Of a DNA stretch of 11,674 bases, positions 8,923 to 11,674 are shown in pieces. Position numbers and translations under genes: made by a program. The first letter of the stretch is position 1, and every line of letters begins with the position of its first letter. The notes below the pieces were generated by a model that was given only the letters and a program-made list of their open reading frames with translations, was not told the DNA's origin and did no database searches. The stretch comes from Ascoidea asiatica JCM 7603 (Eukaryota; Fungi; Ascomycota), in contig BCKQ01000029.1 in the NCBI GenBank assembly GCA_001600695.1, forward strand, positions 71,165-82,838, given 5' to 3'.

Positions 8923-11050
8923 ATGAATCCCGAAAATCCCTCTACTGGTGATCAAGCCAATGATTCAAAATTATTATTTGATTCAAACGGAGATCCTTTT
9001 TATGCACCAAGTGAAAACAAGGAAAATGAAAATAATATTTATAATAACAATAATCAGAATAATCCGAATATTTAAGACAATGAAAATAACAACAATAATG
9101 ATAATGAAGAAAACAATGCCAATATTACAAACAAATTTCAAACACCACTAGCAACGCAAATACAATTTAAGAATCAACAATCTAAGCTAATAAGTTCTGC
9201 TTGGGGGTAGGGGTAATTCTACATTAGAACAACTCATTTAAGAGCAAATGTTCAGTCTGTATCCCTGTCTAATGAATAATACAACTGAACCTAGGAACAT
9301 CAACCTATATTATAATAAATTCTGTAACTATTGTACAACTTATGATATTGGCAGCTTTGCTATTTACTGTCATCTCCAAACTAAATTTCCAGAGTTGCAA
9401 AGTGTGTATTTTGGGGAATGTATGCACCATTTCGAGCATAAAAATGAGCTCAATTGGTTGTTATTTCAACATGCAGTTGACCTTCTTGATCATTCAACGA
9501 AGATTCCCAGTTTAACCTCCTTACTCTCCAGAAGTAAATCCGATGTTTTTGCCATATTAGAAATTAATCGGCTAAAACTAATTATTTCTAAGGCCAGAAC
9601 CTACGTAGGTGATTAACCTTATCCATATCTCAAATATAGGGCAGTTTACAAATGGTTTTGAGGAAACGTTTTCCAAAGTGCAGATCTTTTAGTAAGCGAA
9701 CATTCAGATTTATATTACTATATCTCCACTGGTGATCCATCGTTAAATCAAAAAGAGATGCTTCACCAATTTTTTGTTGAGCTAGTGATGTCTTCCTCGT
9801 TTAGGGTTAAACTTGACATTAAATGATTTAGAACAAAAAATGAATTATTTCACGATTAGACTAAAGCATCCACTAATAGCAATAAAAGACAATTTGAATA
9901 GCACCAAACAATTTAAAAATGCAAACAAAAACTTGAAATCCACTACAAGAATTTTACCTGCATATAAAAATCATAATTATTTCAATCGTATGAACAATAC
10001 TTATGCTGCTCAGAATGAAGATAGTGACGATTTGATCAATCAATTCACAGATCTCAAAATCAATTTTATGCAACGATCCAAAAAGGTTTTACATAATGCT
10101 CGTCGATAGAAGCAAAACAATTTTAATACTCCTAAATGCAATCATCAATTTAATAGAAATTATAAGAATGGGAACAATTCAAGTAGTTCAAACAATAACA
10201 AATTCAATAAGAATCGTTTAAACAGTACGTTCAATAACTCAACCTACTCAAGCAATAACAATAGTAATTATAGTAATCCAAATAATTTCAATAACAGAAA
10301 TAGTTACCAGCAATTTAGGCACTCCCAATCTAGTTATAATAAATCAGAGTTCTACAATGAAAATAACATTGACTCTCCTGTTCCTTTTGGAACATGTTTC
10401 TTTTGTTGTTTTCCTGAGCGTATGCAACGTCTTTGTTTAAAACGACAAGAATATATTACAATTAAAATTCTAACTGTTGAAAATAATAGAATATGTAATA
10501 TCGATGGTCAACCTCTCAGACTTGGCCATCCACCTTTTCTTCCAAGCTTACAGTTTCATCCATTTGAAAAAGTGTTAGAAAACCGAAGTCATCCAAACAA
10601 TATCCAAATTTTTGAAGGCGACTTATCCGTTGCTGTATATGTTGCTGATATTAGTCATTACTTTACAGTGAACGCTATTGGTGCTACATCAGAAGATCAA
10701 CAAGGCTGGAAAACTCATAAAGCCAGTTTTAAGCCCGATATCTCTAATGTCTTACATGAAGTTATAATGACTGAGGATGCTCCACCTAAATTAGAACCAT
10801 CACATAAAAGATTTAGTGACATTCAACCAACTGATACTGGCAAAAATACTCTAATGGATGCTTTACTTTATTTTACTGTCCCAATTTCAATCAAAGCAAT
10901 GCTTGGTTTAAATAAGCCTTTAATCACCAAGTTTATTTCCACTATAAAGAAAAAGAATCATAAGATCAAAGATTTTGAGATGAGGAAAATTGCCAGTAAA
11001 CCTGCGACATTAAATGAGTTAATATAATCAACTGTCAAGAGTGAGTAGAT
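8923..11050 (+). pseudogene. gag: gag (Asn-rich N-terminus, putative capsid region, degenerate CCHC knuckle) of element B
   Basis: ATG at 8923 gives MNPENPSTGDQ... with TAA at 9073; frameshifts near ~9200-9280 and ~9810; 9813-11027 is one frame interrupted only by TAG at 10107; CFFCCFPERMQRLC at 10395-10436 fits C-x2-C-x4-H-x4-C with H replaced by R (CGT at 10419). Confidence 0.75.
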
Positions 11051-11051
11051 T

Positions 11052-11393
11052 GTGTATGCCACTGCAATTAAAGATTTAATAAATTCAAGTTGGTCCAAAG
11101 GTGCATTAATTTGTTTTGCCGCTTATGTTAATAATTCTTATATCAAGAATATTTTAATTGCTACTGGTGGTGAAATCACAACAATATGTGAGAAACTAGC
11201 CAATGAAAGTGAACTTCCTATTTCTAAATCAATTATCCTGGGAATTGGGTTTAACAATAGAAAAACAAACTTTGTTGGTAAAGCTGATACATTCATTACA
11301 ATCCATGATAACTGCTGTGATATCCAAATGATTGTGACACCGGACACCATTTCAAATGATTTTATTATTGGTCAATTTGATTGTTCCAAATGA
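11052..11393 (+). pseudogene. Retropepsin-type aspartic protease, catalytic Asp lost
   Basis: ILIATGGEITTI corresponds to LIDTG with GCT (Ala) at 11160-11162; flap-like GIGFNN...VG; terminal DFIIG. Same frame as gag across stops at 11025 and 11046. Confidence 0.82.
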
Positions 11394-11674
11394 ACTGGCT
11401 TACAAAACAGTTGTTAATGTCAACCCTTATGAAGCGCCTCATATCCAGATAGAGCTTAACATCCGGTACAGTGTTGATATTATTAGCTTTTGAATTCCCT
11501 TATATTGTACCTACCAGATATTAAAACAAGTGGCTCAAAGGTTTCTATTTTAAAACTATCAAGCTGTTATGAATTAAAAGATAACAAAGATATTTTAGGT
11601 GCCATAAATGCTGTTACATTGTGAAAAACTTACTCCTTTATTACGAATGATAACATTGAATTCTTTGCTGATAA

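Larger units (their letters stand above)
8005..11674 (+). mobile_element. Ty3/Gypsy LTR retrotransposon B, 5' part (degenerate; continues right of the window)
   Basis: LTR-like segment, TGG-starting PBS candidate, gag with a zinc knuckle, and a retropepsin with the Gypsy-type end motif DFIIG. Confidence 0.8.

Noticed and set aside
1433-11048. Alternative genetic code (TAA/TAG = Gln) explaining the in-frame stops, including three in-frame TAA at 6578-6622 upstream of the minus-strand ORF
   Set aside because: The same frames carry multiple frameshifts, TGA stops and lost catalytic residues, and some stops fall where K or an aromatic residue is expected. Pseudogenisation is sufficient.
1-11674. 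Elements A and B as one permuted or tandem element
   Set aside because: The LTR after pol and the region before gag share no extended similarity and are separated by 5.3 kb of unrelated sequence.

Overview
AT-rich (roughly 30% GC by eye) eukaryotic DNA, probably fungal, made almost entirely of decayed transposable elements. No intact host gene, rRNA, tRNA or CRISPR array is visible. In order: (1) the 3' half of a Ty3/Gypsy LTR retrotransposon (RT thumb, RNase H, HHCC + DD35E integrase + GPY/F, no chromodomain) broken by stops and frameshifts, followed by a polypurine tract and a ~477-bp 3' LTR; (2) starting at the LTR edge, a degenerate piggyBac transposase (DDD triad and C-terminal Cys-rich domain recognisable) with a candidate right end at ~4537; (3) a ~1.65-kb broken minus-strand reading frame with an N/S/T-rich N-terminus and weak hAT-transposase-like motifs; (4) ~1.4 kb of AT-rich non-coding DNA; (5) a second Ty3/Gypsy element with a different LTR: candidate 5' LTR with TATA box and three ~70-bp tandem repeats, a putative PBS, and a degenerate in-frame gag-protease running off the window. 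I see no convincing new multi-gene system. The best leads are a possible PBS/AUG alternative-pairing RNA switch, the orphan hAT-like frame, a possible non-TTAA piggyBac target site and cis-elements in the first LTR. All family calls come from manual motif recognition, not database searches.
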